A stretch of 32,000 nt of DNA from Peribacillus sp. NPDC096540 (GCF_050278525.1 NZ_JBNNTG010000001.1:137850-169849), one strand, 5' to 3'; shown: positions 1-10,295, numbered from the stretch's first letter. Notes: generated by a model from the sequence alone, not told the origin. Made by a program: numbers and translations.

Positions 1-798
1 AATCGTCGGGATGAACTTGAGCTTAGATTAAGGGGATTACAGCAGACGATTGATAAAGCTGTACATCTCGTCTCGCAAATCTCTGTTGTACAAAACTATT
101 TGACACAGGATTTGAAATTTGTAGGAGAAGCTCTACAAGAAGCGAAACGTAAGCAGGACTTCGGCTTGAAAATAATAGAAGCTCAGGAGCAGGAACGAAA
201 AAAACTCTCACGGGAAATCCATGATGGCCCCGCGCAAATGCTTGCTAATGTCATGATGCGTTCGGATTTGATAGAGCGTGTACAACGAGAGAGAGGCCCT
301 GATGAAGCTCTTGTGGAAATCCGTAGCTTAAAAGTCATGGTACGGAATGCATTATATGAAGTGCGTAGAATCATCTATGATCTTCGCCCTATGGCCCTTG
401 ACGATCTAGGCCTTGTTCCTACCCTCAGAAAGTATCTGCAAACGACCGAAGACTATAATACTGGTGTGCATTTGAATTTCGTTAACCTCGGCCAGGTCAA
501 AAGGCTTCCCTCTGATATGGAGGTTGCTTTATTTAGGCTGGTCCAAGAGGCTGTACAAAATTCACTGAAACATGCAGAGCCAAAGCAAGTTCAAGTTAAG
601 CTTTCCATTTCTAAAGAGATGGTTACGGTTGTCGTCAAAGATGATGGAAAAGGGTTTGATTCTTCCATTCAAAAAGAGGGTTCTTTTGGCTTGGTAGGCA
701 TGAGAGAAAGAGTCGAGCTGCTTGAAGGTGAAATGACGATTGATTCACAACCAGGGGCGGGCACTTTGGTGTTTATACAAATTCCCTATCATTTATAA
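1..798 (+). CDS. degS: Two-component sensor histidine kinase DegS, 5'-truncated by the window edge
   Basis: The reading frame is open from nt 1 (NRRDELELRLRGLQQTIDKA...). It contains an H-box (EIHDGPAQ) and an HATPase region (DDGKGF ... GLVGMRER). A DegU-like regulator follows immediately. Confidence 0.9.
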   Translation, partial: NRRDELELRLRGLQQTIDKAVHLVSQISVVQNYLTQDLKFVGEALQEAKRKQDFGLKIIEAQEQERKKLSREIHDGPAQMLANVMMRSDLIERVQRERGPDEALVEIRSLKVMVRNALYEVRRIIYDLRPMALDDLGLVPTLRKYLQTTEDYNTGVHLNFVNLGQVKRLPSDMEVALFRLVQEAVQNSLKHAEPKQVQVKLSISKEMVTVVVKDDGKGFDSSIQKEGSFGLVGMRERVELLEGEMTIDSQPGAGTLVFIQIPYHL

Positions 799-845
799 AT
801 TTTTAGAGAATAGGCAATTAAATAGAAATTAGGAGGAAGAGGCCG

Positions 846-1529
846 TTGAAGACTAGTATCATCATTATAGATGACCATCAGCTTTTCCGTGAAGGTGTTA
901 AGCGTATATTAGATTTTGAATCATCCTTTGATGTTGTTGCCGAAGGTGATGACGGAAGCGAGGCTATGGATCTTGTTGAAACACACAAACCAGATGTTGT
1001 TATCATGGATATCAACATGCCGAATATGAACGGTGTTGAAGCGACTAAAATGCTTGTAAACCGTTATCCTGAAACGAAAGTCATCATTTTATCGATTCAT
1101 GATGATGAAAACTATGTACAGCATGCATTGAAAACAGGAGCACAAGGTTACCTGTTGAAAGAAATGGACGCAGATGCGCTAATTGACGCTGTTCGTGTAG
1201 TCGCAGAAGGTGGCTCATACCTTCATCCGAAGGTGACACATAATCTAGTTAAAGAATATCGCCGTTTAGCTGCTGAAGAGGGTGCTGATCGTGATTCAGT
1301 GCATGCTGTAGAGATTAGAAGACCGCTTCACCTATTGACTCGACGCGAGTGTGAAGTTCTTCAACTTTTAGCAGACGGAAAAAGCAATCGTGCCATCGGC
1401 GAAACTTTATATATCAGTGAAAAAACAGTAAAAAACCATGTAAGTAACATTCTTCAAAAAATGAATGTAAACGACCGTACCCAAGCTGTTGTTCTAGCTA
1501 TTAAAAACGGCTGGGTAGAAGTGAAATAA
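846..1529 (+). CDS. degU: Response regulator DegU (NarL/LuxR family)
   Basis: TTG start 7 nt after GGAGGAAGAGG. The protein is close to B. subtilis DegU as recalled along its whole length ([20 protein letters not shown] ... [21 protein letters not shown] ... [18 protein letters not shown]). Confidence 0.95.
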   Translation: MKTSIIIIDDHQLFREGVKRILDFESSFDVVAEGDDGSEAMDLVETHKPDVVIMDINMPNMNGVEATKMLVNRYPETKVIILSIHDDENYVQHALKTGAQGYLLKEMDADALIDAVRVVAEGGSYLHPKVTHNLVKEYRRLAAEEGADRDSVHAVEIRRPLHLLTRRECEVLQLLADGKSNRAIGETLYISEKTVKNHVSNILQKMNVNDRTQAVVLAIKNGWVEVK

Positions 1530-1548
1530 TTTCAACTTATGGATAAGT

Positions 1549-1596
1549 CCGGCTCTTCAGTTTTCGCAATGCGTGCTGAAGAGCCGGTCTTTTTTC
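1549..1596 (+). terminator. Rho-independent terminator after degU
   Basis: 12-bp perfect stem CCGGCTCTTCAG / CTGAAGAGCCGG followed by TCTTTTTT. Confidence 0.8.
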
Positions 1597-1743
1597 GTCA
1601 AATACCGAATTCGGCATAAATCTGCACCTACTTTCTTTTTGCATATTTATGGTAAAAAGAGAAGCTATTTAATGCAAATTAAGGCATTTTCAGATAAGAT
1701 ATTAAGATATATAGAGTAAATTTGTATAAGGATGGTACTCATT

Positions 1744-2586
1744 ATGAAAACCGCAGTCGTAACAGATAGCACTGCATATATACCTAAGGATATGCGTGAT
1801 CGTTTACATATACATATGATGCCGCTTAATGTCATTTTCTCCAATGAAGCCTATCGGGAAGAAATCGATATTACTGCAGATGAGTTTTATGAAGAAGTAA
1901 AAAGGCAAGAGAAGCTGCCGACCACGTCACAGCCGCCAATCGGTCAGTTTGTTGAGAAGTTCGAAGAGCTGAAAAAAGAATATGATGATGTTATTTCGAT
2001 TCATTTATCGAGTGGTATCAGTGGTACGTATCAAGGTGCAATTTCGGCAGGTGAAATGGTAGAGGGAGTTCGGGTCCACGCCTTTGATTCTGAAATTAGC
2101 TGTAGAGTCCAGGGGTTTTATGTTCTCGAAGCGGCTCAGATGGCACTTGACGGCAAGGATGCAGAAGAGATTATGGCCAGGCTCGAAGAAATGAAACTTT
2201 CCGTCCGGGCATATTTCATGGCGGATGACTTATCCCATTTGCAACGTGGGGGGCGGCTAAGCAGTGCCCAAGCCTTGATAGGGAGTTTGCTACAAGTAAA
2301 GCCTGTTCTCCATTTTGTTGACAAAGTCATTGTCCCGTTCGAAAAAATCCGTACCAGAAAAAAGGCGATGAAACGGATTGCTGATTTACTTGGAGAAGAC
2401 GCCGCAAACGGTGAAAACTATAAAGCGGTCATTATTCATGCTAAGCGCGAAGCTGAAGCTAAAGACTGGAAAACGGAACTTGAAGCGCGGTTCCCAAATG
2501 TCGAGTTTGACATCAGCTACTTCGGTCCTGTGATCGGAACGCATCTGGGCGAAGGCTCGATGGGGATGGGCTGGTATAAAGTATAA
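1744..2586 (+). CDS. degV: DegV-family fatty-acid-binding protein
   Basis: ATG at 1744 lies behind AAGGATGG. The N-terminus MKTAVVTDSTAYIP and the SSGISGTYQ motif are typical of DegV/YviA. The position after degSU is syntenic. Confidence 0.85.
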   Translation: MKTAVVTDSTAYIPKDMRDRLHIHMMPLNVIFSNEAYREEIDITADEFYEEVKRQEKLPTTSQPPIGQFVEKFEELKKEYDDVISIHLSSGISGTYQGAISAGEMVEGVRVHAFDSEISCRVQGFYVLEAAQMALDGKDAEEIMARLEEMKLSVRAYFMADDLSHLQRGGRLSSAQALIGSLLQVKPVLHFVDKVIVPFEKIRTRKKAMKRIADLLGEDAANGENYKAVIIHAKREAEAKDWKTELEARFPNVEFDISYFGPVIGTHLGEGSMGMGWYKV

Positions 2587-2592
2587 ACAGAG

Positions 2593-2630
2593 GAACGCCT
2601 TTCCTTGAAAAAGGAGGAGGCGTTTTTTTT
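2593..2630 (+). terminator. Rho-independent terminator after degV
   Basis: GAACGCCTTTCCTT ... AAGGAGGAGGCG stem followed by a T8 run. Confidence 0.7.
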
Positions 2631-2712
2631 ATGGATGTAAGAGGGATTCTAATGTGAAAAGCGAATTCTATTTACGAGTGTAAAATTCTATTCTAAGAAA
2701 GAAGGTTATAGT

Positions 2713-4113
2713 TTGGAAAATACGATTATCTCTCCCCCTTTTTCCCCAGAACTTCAGAATCACCTCACAGGAAGGTTGTTATTGGCCTCCGAAATTCCTT
2801 TTTCCCCGGCAATCATTTCCGACCAAATAAAGCACGGCTATGTCTCGGTGACTTGCGGAGTGCATTGTGTGAATGGTAAGTACAATTGTGTTCGCTGCGG
2901 TAACCAAAATTCTGCTTTGTTTTATACGTTTCCGTGTAAGATTTGCAATCAAGATTGTACTTACTGCCGGGCCTGTATCATGATGGGTCGGGTCAGTGAA
3001 TGTGCAAAATTATATGGCTGGATCGGTCCTGATTTGAAGTTTGAGGTTCCTGACAAAGTAATGAGCTGGGATGGTACTCTAACTGCAGGACAGCAAACGG
3101 CCTCGGACTGTGTCGTTGAGGCTGTAAAAAGAAAAAGTGAATTACTGGTATGGGCAGTATGCGGCGCTGGTAAAACGGAGGTCCTATTTGCTGGCATTGA
3201 GGCGGGCTTGCTTGCCGGAAAACGAATCTGTATGGCAACACCTCGGACCGATGTCGTTCTCGAACTGTCACCCCGGTTAAAAAGAGCCTTTCCAGCCATT
3301 GAAGTATCAGCTCTTTATGGGGGCAGCGAAGACCGAAGCAAAGCGTCGCCTCTAACTGTATCCACCACACATCAGCTTTTTCGTTTTTCTGAAGCCTTTG
3401 ATGTAGTCATCATTGATGAAGTCGATGCGTTTCCCTACTCTATTGATGATTCTCTACATTATGCGGTTAATAAATCCAAAAAGCCCTCTGCTACAACTAT
3501 CTACTTAACAGCCACTCCTTCTAAACAAATGCAACGATCTTACCGTTGCGGGAAACTGCAAGCCGTGACAATCCCTGCCCGTTACCATCATAAGCCGATC
3601 CCTGTTCCTGAAATGAAATGGAGCGGCAATTGGCAAAAACAATTTCTCCAAAAAAAGATTCCACCTATGATTGCCAGTTGGGTAAGTGAACGTCTTCAGC
3701 AGAAGATTCCTCTATTATTATTTTTCCCAAGTATTCAAGTGATGGAGCAGGTCGTTCCGTTGTTTCAAACACTATCCCCTAAATTGGAGACCGTTCACTC
3801 ACAGCACCCTGAACGAAAAGAAAGAGTACAGGCATTACGGAATGGCGAGGTCCCTGGGTTATTGACCACGACGATTTTAGAACGCGGGGTGACGATTGAA
3901 CGACTAGAAGTAGCTGTGATTGGTGCCGAACATGAGGTCTTTTCTGAGAGTGCTCTCGTCCAGATTGCTGGCCGCGTCGGCAGAAGCTTTACTTATCCTT
4001 CCGGAACTATCACTTTTTTTCATTACGGAAAAAGCAAAGCTATGGTCGAGGCGATCCGCCATATACAAATGATGAATAAAGAGGCCTGGAAGAGAGGTCT
4101 GCTGGATGGGTAG
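2713..4113 (+). CDS. comFA: Competence helicase ComFA (DEAD/DEAH-box, N-terminal Zn-finger)
   Basis: Cys-rich N-terminus (CVRCGN ... CKICNQDCTYCRAC), Walker A AVCGAGKT and a DEVD box. It is followed by comFC. Confidence 0.85.
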   Translation: MENTIISPPFSPELQNHLTGRLLLASEIPFSPAIISDQIKHGYVSVTCGVHCVNGKYNCVRCGNQNSALFYTFPCKICNQDCTYCRACIMMGRVSECAKLYGWIGPDLKFEVPDKVMSWDGTLTAGQQTASDCVVEAVKRKSELLVWAVCGAGKTEVLFAGIEAGLLAGKRICMATPRTDVVLELSPRLKRAFPAIEVSALYGGSEDRSKASPLTVSTTHQLFRFSEAFDVVIIDEVDAFPYSIDDSLHYAVNKSKKPSATTIYLTATPSKQMQRSYRCGKLQAVTIPARYHHKPIPVPEMKWSGNWQKQFLQKKIPPMIASWVSERLQQKIPLLLFFPSIQVMEQVVPLFQTLSPKLETVHSQHPERKERVQALRNGEVPGLLTTTILERGVTIERLEVAVIGAEHEVFSESALVQIAGRVGRSFTYPSGTITFFHYGKSKAMVEAIRHIQMMNKEAWKRGLLDG

Positions 4114-4798
4114 ATGTTTATTTTGTGTTGAGGAAATGAAAGAAGTAATGACATGGAAAAGTCTATTACTGAAGAAAGAGGCAATGACAATTTGTGAAAG
4201 ATGTGAAGGGAAACTTAAAAAGTTAGCCGGCGAGACATGCTCGATTTGTTCTCGAGAGCTTGATGAGAATTACCGCATTGAGGATCTTTGTTTGGATTGT
4301 GTGAGATGGGAAAAAGATAAGAAATGGGGCGGGTATTTGTCCATAAACATATCACTATTTCATTATAATGAATTTCTGAAAGACATGATTGCGAAATATA
4401 AGTACCGAGGAGATTATGCACTGGCTGAGGCCTTCGTGCCCTTTTTAAAAGACAAACTAAAAGACATGAATTTTGATTTGGTAACGTTCATTCCTCTTAG
4501 TAATGAACGGCTGATGGAGAGAGGTTTCAATCAGGCGCAAGCTTTGACAGATCTGCTAGGCGTTAACACGGTTGAGCTATTAACGCGCCTCCATACGGAA
4601 AAACAATCGAAAAAGTCACGTGAGGAACGGATATCATTGCCGCAAGTTTTTCAGGTTACCAAACCGGATTTATTAAAGCACAAATCGATCTTAATCGTGG
4701 ATGACATTTACACAACAGGCTCAACACTCCGGCATGCGGCTAAGGCTTTGAAAACCGCTGGTGCCACAGAAGTTTCATCAATCACTCTGGCTAGGTAA
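4106..4798 (+). CDS. comFC: ComFC (ComF family phosphoribosyltransferase-like competence protein)
   Basis: N-terminus MGRCLFC ... CERC ... CSICSR ... CLDC and a PRTase loop ILIVDDIYTTGST. The start overlaps the comFA stop by 8 nt. Confidence 0.85.
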   Translation: MGRCLFCVEEMKEVMTWKSLLLKKEAMTICERCEGKLKKLAGETCSICSRELDENYRIEDLCLDCVRWEKDKKWGGYLSINISLFHYNEFLKDMIAKYKYRGDYALAEAFVPFLKDKLKDMNFDLVTFIPLSNERLMERGFNQAQALTDLLGVNTVELLTRLHTEKQSKKSREERISLPQVFQVTKPDLLKHKSILIVDDIYTTGSTLRHAAKALKTAGATEVSSITLAR

Positions 4799-4823
4799 AA
4801 CCGAATATTTTTGATAAACCTTC

Positions 4824-4850
4824 TAAAGTATCGCTGCTAATATTCGATAT
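4824..4850 (+). promoter_or_regulatory. SigD-type promoter upstream of yvyF-flgM operon
   Basis: TAAA (4824-4827), 15-nt spacer, TTCGATAT (4843-4850), compared with the consensus TAAA-N15-GCCGATAT. Confidence 0.6.
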
Positions 4851-4899
4851 ATACAGTACTGAAGAACAATCATTGTGATAGTAAAGGAGGGGGCCCTCA

Positions 4900-5319
4900 A
4901 TGGATTTGTTCAACTGCCAAAATTGTAATTCGTTATTTGTTAAAACAAAATTCCGTGATGTTTGCGATGCTTGCTATAAAGAAGAAGAAGCTAAATTTGA
5001 TAAAGTGTATGCCTACATTCGCAAGAAAAGTAATCGAACGGCGTTAATGATGCAAGTGGTGGAGGCCACAGGTGTGGAAGAAGATTTAATTATTAAATTT
5101 GTAAAAACAGGAAAGCTGAGAATTTCTCAATTTCCTAACCTAGGCATTCCTTGTGAAAAATGCGGCACCAACATTCAGAGTGGGAGATTATGTAGCAAAT
5201 GCAGCGATTCCCTTCGCTCTGAATTACAGGCGTTTGAAGATGAAGAAAAGTGCCTAACTAAAATACAAGTACCTAATAAAAAAAATACGTATTATATTAA
5301 AGATAATCACGAAGGATAA
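4900..5319 (+). CDS. yvyF: Flagellar operon protein YvyF (Zn-ribbon, TIGR03826-like)
   Basis: MDLFNCQNCNSLFVKTKFRDVCDACYKEEE ... CEKCG ... CSKC. The position directly upstream of flgM matches B. subtilis. Confidence 0.75.
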   Translation: MDLFNCQNCNSLFVKTKFRDVCDACYKEEEAKFDKVYAYIRKKSNRTALMMQVVEATGVEEDLIIKFVKTGKLRISQFPNLGIPCEKCGTNIQSGRLCSKCSDSLRSELQAFEDEEKCLTKIQVPNKKNTYYIKDNHEG

Positions 5320-5411
5320 TCCTTGGCTTCATGATTGGCATTTTGTTAGAATATTCGGTATTGAGAACAAAGTTCGACAATGGTTGTCGAAGGAAAGATC
5401 ACAGGAAACCA

Positions 5412-5438
5412 TAAAAAAAAATAAGTCCTTGTCGATAA
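5412..5438 (+). promoter_or_regulatory. Second SigD-type promoter directly upstream of flgM
   Basis: TAAA (5412-5415), 15-nt spacer, GTCGATAA (5431-5438). The -10 octamer is the same as at the hag promoter in this window. Confidence 0.55.
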
Positions 5439-5558
5439 AAATGATAGGGAGAATAAACACAGCCAAGAGTCATTCTCATGGTCTGTTAAAGGAATCGAAA
5501 AATGAGGTTATATATTAGATTAGATAAAGAAAATCGGCCGAAGGAGAGGATCTGGAAT

Positions 5559-5822
5559 ATGAAAATCAATAACGTCGGTATGACAGGGATTAACCCGTAT
5601 AATCTTCAAGCCAATAAAGTAGGAAATGTCAAAGATTCTAAGGTCAATGCCGTAGATAAAGTTGAAATTTCTTCAGCGGCAAAAGAAATGCAGCAATTAT
5701 CTCCAATTCCTGCTGCAAGACAAGCGAAAGTGGATGAACTGAAAATCCAAGTGGAAAATGGAAATTATAAATTGAATTCACAGGCGACAGCAAAAGGCCT
5801 TATTGATTTTTACCGAAAATAG
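5559..5822 (+). CDS. flgM: Anti-sigma-28 factor FlgM
   Basis: ATG at 5559 lies 8 nt after AAGGAGAGG; the longer ORF from 5502 has no RBS. The C-terminus KVDELKIQVENGNYKLNSQATAKGLIDFY is typical of FlgM. Confidence 0.85.
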   Translation: MKINNVGMTGINPYNLQANKVGNVKDSKVNAVDKVEISSAAKEMQQLSPIPAARQAKVDELKIQVENGNYKLNSQATAKGLIDFYRK

Positions 5823-5899
5823 ATTATTAATAAAACGTTAGATTATTGTGAACGGAATCATATTCCGTCAATCATCCATGAGCAGAGGAGGGAGCAAGA

Positions 5900-6388
5900 A
5901 TGTCTGCACAATACATCATCGAATCGCTTGAAAAATTGATCAGGCTTCATAAAAGCTTCAATCAATTAGCGTTAAGAAAAACAACCATTTTAAAAGTTAG
6001 CGACACTGAGGCAATTACCTCCCTGCTAATCGAAGAACAAATGCATATTAAAGCAATCAGTCAAACGGATAAAGAAAGAGAAGCAGCTGTCGAAGGATTT
6101 TTCACAGCAAATGGAGCAGTGAGACAGACGGTTTCTATCGACACCGTAATGGAATTAACAGAGCCAATTGAAACGGATGCACTTAAACGACTAAAAAAAG
6201 AGCTAATCGATGAAGTAGCTAAGCTGAAAGAGAGGAACATTTTAAATCAGCAATTAATCTATCAGTCACTTCAATTCATTAATGTCTCTTTAGATATGCT
6301 GAGACCGCAAAATCAGGATATGAACTACGGGAAGTCGGTTAAAAAGCCAACAAAAAGCGGTATAGGCATATTTGATTCGAAAGCATAA
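5900..6388 (+). CDS. flgN: FlgN-family flagellar chaperone (YvyG)
   Basis: Size, helical composition and position between flgM and flgK all fit. RBS GGAGGGAG. Confidence 0.7.
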   Translation: MSAQYIIESLEKLIRLHKSFNQLALRKTTILKVSDTEAITSLLIEEQMHIKAISQTDKEREAAVEGFFTANGAVRQTVSIDTVMELTEPIETDALKRLKKELIDEVAKLKERNILNQQLIYQSLQFINVSLDMLRPQNQDMNYGKSVKKPTKSGIGIFDSKA

Positions 6389-6418
6389 GAAACAGAAAAG
6401 AGATGGAGGTTTGAGCAA

Positions 6419-7978
6419 ATGATTTCAACCTTTATGGGGCTTGAAACAGCTAAACGTGGATTATCGACCTCACAAGGCGCTTTATATACTACAGGAAATA
6501 ATGTTGCAAATGCCAATACATTAGGATATTCAAGGCAGCGTGTCAACTTGGTACAGACATCTGGGTTTCCTACGGTCGGATTAAACAGCCCCCGTGTAGC
6601 AGGTCAACTCGGGACAGGGGTGGCGGCAGAAACGGTACAGCGAATCAGAGACAGCTTTTTGGACTCACAATACAGGACTCAAAGTAATAAAATCGGTTTT
6701 TACGGGGCGATGAGCGAATCATTGTCTAAAATGGAAGGAATCATGAATGAACCAACCGACAGTGGATTGTCAGCAATGATGGAAAAATTCTGGAATTCTC
6801 TGCAGGGGTTAACGGCCAATACGGAAAACTCAGGGGCTCGTGAGGTTGTTGCCTCAACAGGTGTTATGGTCGCGGATACCCTAAACTACTATTACAATTC
6901 GCTAAAAAGCGTTCAAACTGATATCGGAAATCAAATTAACGTCAAAGCAAACGAAATAAATATGCTTATTAGCAGTATTGATCAACTTAACCAGCAGATT
7001 AGTAAAGTAGAGCCGCATGGTATAATCCCCAATGAACTTTACGATAAACGCGATTTACTTGTAGACAGCCTCTCTCAGCTTGTTAGTATAAATGTAAAAA
7101 ACGTCATTCCAACAGATTATGGCAAAGCCAGTGATGTAGCAACAGGACTATACAACATTGAATTAATGCAAGAAGACGGTTCTTCCTTTGCGCCGCCTAT
7201 CAATCTGGTCAGTGTTAACCAAACAGGGATGCTGGGAACTTCAAAAGTTGAAGTTAGCTATGATAAATCGACAGGTATGGTAGATGGAGTAAAGTTTGGT
7301 TCGAAAACATTAACGGAGCACAAGTTTTCAGGAGAGCTATCCGGATTGATTAACAGCTTTGGTTATAAAAAGAGTGATGGTACAATCGGAGGAACCTATC
7401 CTGATATGCTGCAAAAGCTGGATAATATGACAACGGCTTTTGTGAATGAGTTTAATGCTATTCATAAACAGGGATATGCGTTAGGAGCTAGTGAAACATC
7501 AACACTAAACTTTTTTGAAATTGAACCAGGCAAGAGTGCTGCTCAAAGCATCAAGGTGAATAGTGAGATTTTGAAGGACCCTTCATTAATTGCCGCAGGT
7601 GGTAATAGTGGAGGAGCTTCTGGGGATAATGAAAATGCTAAACTCTTAGCTGATTTGAAAAAGAAAGCTTTTAGTGATTACTCAACTAAAGACCAAAATT
7701 CTAAGGAGTTAACTGGAACCTTTGACACCTATTATTCCGGGATTATTGGGAAATTGGGTGTTGATTCACAAAGTGCTCAAAAGAATCTTTCCAACTCTGT
7801 AGTGCTTGCTACATCCGTTAACCAAAATAGAGACTCTGTCAGTTCTGTATCCTTGGATGAAGAGATGACCGATATGATTAGATTCCAGCAAGCTTATAAT
7901 GCTTCTGCAAGAATGATGACGATGATGGATGAAATGCTCGATAAAATCATTAACGGAATGGGTACGGTAGGCCGATAA
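6419..7978 (+). CDS. flgK: Flagellar hook-associated protein 1 FlgK
   Basis: N-terminus STFMGLETAKRGL ... NNVANANTLGYSRQ and C-terminus SGVSLDEEMTDMIRFQQAYNASARMM are both typical of FlgK. Confidence 0.9.
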   Translation: MISTFMGLETAKRGLSTSQGALYTTGNNVANANTLGYSRQRVNLVQTSGFPTVGLNSPRVAGQLGTGVAAETVQRIRDSFLDSQYRTQSNKIGFYGAMSESLSKMEGIMNEPTDSGLSAMMEKFWNSLQGLTANTENSGAREVVASTGVMVADTLNYYYNSLKSVQTDIGNQINVKANEINMLISSIDQLNQQISKVEPHGIIPNELYDKRDLLVDSLSQLVSINVKNVIPTDYGKASDVATGLYNIELMQEDGSSFAPPINLVSVNQTGMLGTSKVEVSYDKSTGMVDGVKFGSKTLTEHKFSGELSGLINSFGYKKSDGTIGGTYPDMLQKLDNMTTAFVNEFNAIHKQGYALGASETSTLNFFEIEPGKSAAQSIKVNSEILKDPSLIAAGGNSGGASGDNENAKLLADLKKKAFSDYSTKDQNSKELTGTFDTYYSGIIGKLGVDSQSAQKNLSNSVVLATSVNQNRDSVSSVSLDEEMTDMIRFQQAYNASARMMTMMDEMLDKIINGMGTVGR

Positions 7979-7993
7979 TAGGAGTGAGAAATT

Positions 7994-8872
7994 ATGCGCG
8001 TGACGCAATCCATGCTAACCAATAATATGTTAAGAAACTTAAGCAGCAGCTACGAAAAGATGGGCAAGCTGCAGGAACAAGTCTCTTCTCAAAAAAAATT
8101 CTCTAAACCATCTGATAATCCTGTTGCAGCCATGATGGGAATGGGGTACCGGATAAATCTCAATCAAATCCAGCAGTATACCAGTAACATCTCGGAGGCA
8201 ACTAACTGGATTGACAGTACTGATGATGCCATTTCTGAAGCTGTTTCCGCCATGCAGCGGATTCGTGAGTTGACGGTTCAGGCCAGCAATGGTACGTATG
8301 AAGGCGAACAACTGAAAAATGTTGCTGAGGAAATAAAGCAATTAAAAGAACATCTCATAACTCTTGGCGACACACAGATAGGCGGGAAATATATTTTCAA
8401 CGGCCAGGATACAAATGCGAGACCGTCTTCCGTTAAAGATGGGAATGGGAATACGGTGTATGGCACAGGGGACATAAACCTTGAAGTGTTTTCCGGGATT
8501 TCCCTGAAAATCAATACGGACGGTTCTAAGATTTTTGGAGATGCGCTTGCTATTGGCGGCAGCATTGATCAAACGATAGATGCACTTGAAAACGGCGGTG
8601 ACGTGAGTAGCACACTGGAAGGAATTGACGAAACTATCAATACATTCTTAGCTATGCAAGCTCAGGTTGGTGCCAGGCAGAATCGAATTGAATTGATGAC
8701 GGAACGCCTAAAGCAGCAGGAGGTTTTTGCTACGGAAATCCTTTCGAAAAATGAGGATGTCGATATCGAAAAGGCGATAATGGATTTAACGACACAGGAA
8801 AGTATTCATAGTGCCGCATTAAGTATTGGAGCAAGAATCATTCAACCGAGTTTACTAGATTTTCTTCGCTAA
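7994..8872 (+). CDS. flgL: Flagellar hook-associated protein 3 FlgL
   Basis: MRVTQSMLTNNMLRNL ... flagellin-like N- and C-terminal helices, immediately after flgK. Confidence 0.9.
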   Translation: MRVTQSMLTNNMLRNLSSSYEKMGKLQEQVSSQKKFSKPSDNPVAAMMGMGYRINLNQIQQYTSNISEATNWIDSTDDAISEAVSAMQRIRELTVQASNGTYEGEQLKNVAEEIKQLKEHLITLGDTQIGGKYIFNGQDTNARPSSVKDGNGNTVYGTGDINLEVFSGISLKINTDGSKIFGDALAIGGSIDQTIDALENGGDVSSTLEGIDETINTFLAMQAQVGARQNRIELMTERLKQQEVFATEILSKNEDVDIEKAIMDLTTQESIHSAALSIGARIIQPSLLDFLR

Positions 8873-8922
8873 GCTATTCTTAAATGGGTAGCTTTTTTTC
8901 TATAAGGAGAGGAGTGGTAAGG

Positions 8923-9501
8923 ATGCAAATGCCACAAATACAATTGCAGTCTGTCTCAATGAAGATTGGATTGAATATAGACCAACCTGTACAGGAAATT
9001 GAACAGAAGGCAGCGGACCAATCAATTGAACAGCCGAGAGCAATCTTAGAAATTCAGATAACCCCAGGGAAGCTAACGATTGATCAAACAAAAGCGAGAG
9101 AAGATATGGATTTGAAAAGCCTATCCAAGCGAGTTGAGGAATTTGCACAGCGGGGCTATCAGGATTGGCTGGCAGGTATGGCAAGAAGGTCACAGCAGGG
9201 CACGGAGCTGAGGCATATTGAAAAAGGCGGTAATGCACTCGCTGATCAAGCCAGGCAAAACAGCAAGGGGCCAGAAAAGCAATTCAATCTCGGTTGGGTT
9301 CCCTCTCATTTCAGTGTTCAGATGGACTATCAACCGGCCCAGGTAGAAATTGAAGCAACCCCTCAAAAACCGATCATCGATGTGCAGGTTAATAAACCAA
9401 ACCATACATACACGCCAGGTAATGTAGAAGTGGAAGTTTTACAAGAAAATTCACTGGATATAGATTTCATTAATTTGTTTCCAGATGAGATAGGTGAGTG
9501 A
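8923..9501 (+). CDS. yviE: YviE-like protein of unknown function (flagellar locus)
   Basis: ATG at 8923 lies behind AGGAGAGGAG. The position between flgL and fliW matches B. subtilis yviE. No recognisable catalytic motifs. Confidence 0.6.
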   Translation: MQMPQIQLQSVSMKIGLNIDQPVQEIEQKAADQSIEQPRAILEIQITPGKLTIDQTKAREDMDLKSLSKRVEEFAQRGYQDWLAGMARRSQQGTELRHIEKGGNALADQARQNSKGPEKQFNLGWVPSHFSVQMDYQPAQVEIEATPQKPIIDVQVNKPNHTYTPGNVEVEVLQENSLDIDFINLFPDEIGE

Positions 9502-9509
9502 GAACATAT

Positions 9510-9953
9510 ATGATTATACAGACAAAATTTCATAACGAACTCGAATTGGCAGAGAAAGAGATTTATGTATTTGAAAGCGGGATACCAGGATTTTTAGAAG
9601 AAAAACAGTTTTGCTTGCTAGCTTTGGGGGAAACGCCATTTGTCGTTCTGCAATCTATAACAACAAAAGAGGTTGCTTTTATCATGTTGAACCCTTTTGA
9701 TATTTTTCACGATTATGAAGTGAATCTTACTGATGAGGTACTATCTACTTTGCGAATAGAAGCAGAAAAGGAAGTCATTATGTTCGTGATTTTAACGATC
9801 CACGAACCATTCAATAAAACGACCGCTAATCTTCAAGCTCCTATCATTTTAAATAGCTCTAAAAAAACAGGAAAGCAGTTTATCATGAATGGAAGTGGCT
9901 ACATGACTAAGCATCTTCTTATTGAACCTTCAGTAGAACAGGAGGAAAAATAA
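9510..9953 (+). CDS. fliW: Flagellar assembly factor FliW (CsrA antagonist)
   Basis: [34 protein letters not shown] matches the FliW N-terminus as recalled. The stop overlaps the csrA start (TAATG). Confidence 0.9.
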   Translation: MIIQTKFHNELELAEKEIYVFESGIPGFLEEKQFCLLALGETPFVVLQSITTKEVAFIMLNPFDIFHDYEVNLTDEVLSTLRIEAEKEVIMFVILTIHEPFNKTTANLQAPIILNSSKKTGKQFIMNGSGYMTKHLLIEPSVEQEEK

Positions 9954-10186
9954 TGCTTGTCCTAACTAGAAAATCTAATGAATCGATCATGATAGGTAAT
10001 GATATTGAAATTACGGTCTTAGCTATAGAAGGCGAACAGATCAAACTTGGTATCAATGCTCCAAAAAATGTCGAGATTCATCGAAAAGAAATCTATCTAT
10101 CTATTCAGCAAGAAAATAATGAAGCTACTAAAACAGAAACCAGTATTCTGGAAAATTTATATGAACATTTCAAGAAAAAATCTTAA
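9953..10186 (+). CDS. csrA: Carbon storage regulator CsrA
   Basis: [48 protein letters not shown] is a canonical CsrA sequence. Confidence 0.95.
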   Translation: MLVLTRKSNESIMIGNDIEITVLAIEGEQIKLGINAPKNVEIHRKEIYLSIQQENNEATKTETSILENLYEHFKKKS

Positions 10187-10192
10187 AATCTC

Positions 10193-10219
10193 TAAATATG
10201 TTTCTGAGCATGTCGATAA
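10193..10219 (+). promoter_or_regulatory. SigD-type promoter of flagellin gene
   Basis: TAAA (10193-10196), 15-nt spacer, GTCGATAA (10212-10219). Confidence 0.7.
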
Positions 10220-10281
10220 TACATATACAACGATGAGTAGTGATATAGACGGGCGTCTTATTCACTATCCATCGTAAAAAA

Positions 10282-10295
10282 CCACATGGATGTGG
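10282..10295 (+). promoter_or_regulatory. CsrA-binding hairpin in hag leader (GGA in loop); a second GGA lies in the SD at 10309-10315
   Basis: CCACA-TGGA-TGTGG is a 5-bp stem presenting GGA in a tetraloop. It lies 14 nt upstream of the AAGGAGG SD, the architecture known for CsrA control of hag. Confidence 0.55.

Noticed and set aside
2657-2694. ComK boxes upstream of comFA (AAAA-N5-TTCT twice; 9-nt direct repeat AATTCTATT at 2664 and 2684)
   Set aside because: The gap between the two AT-boxes is 12 bp, which does not fit the known K-box spacings (8, 18 or 31 bp as I recall). The T-halves are also imperfect. The repeat is real, but the ComK assignment is not supportable from sequence alone.
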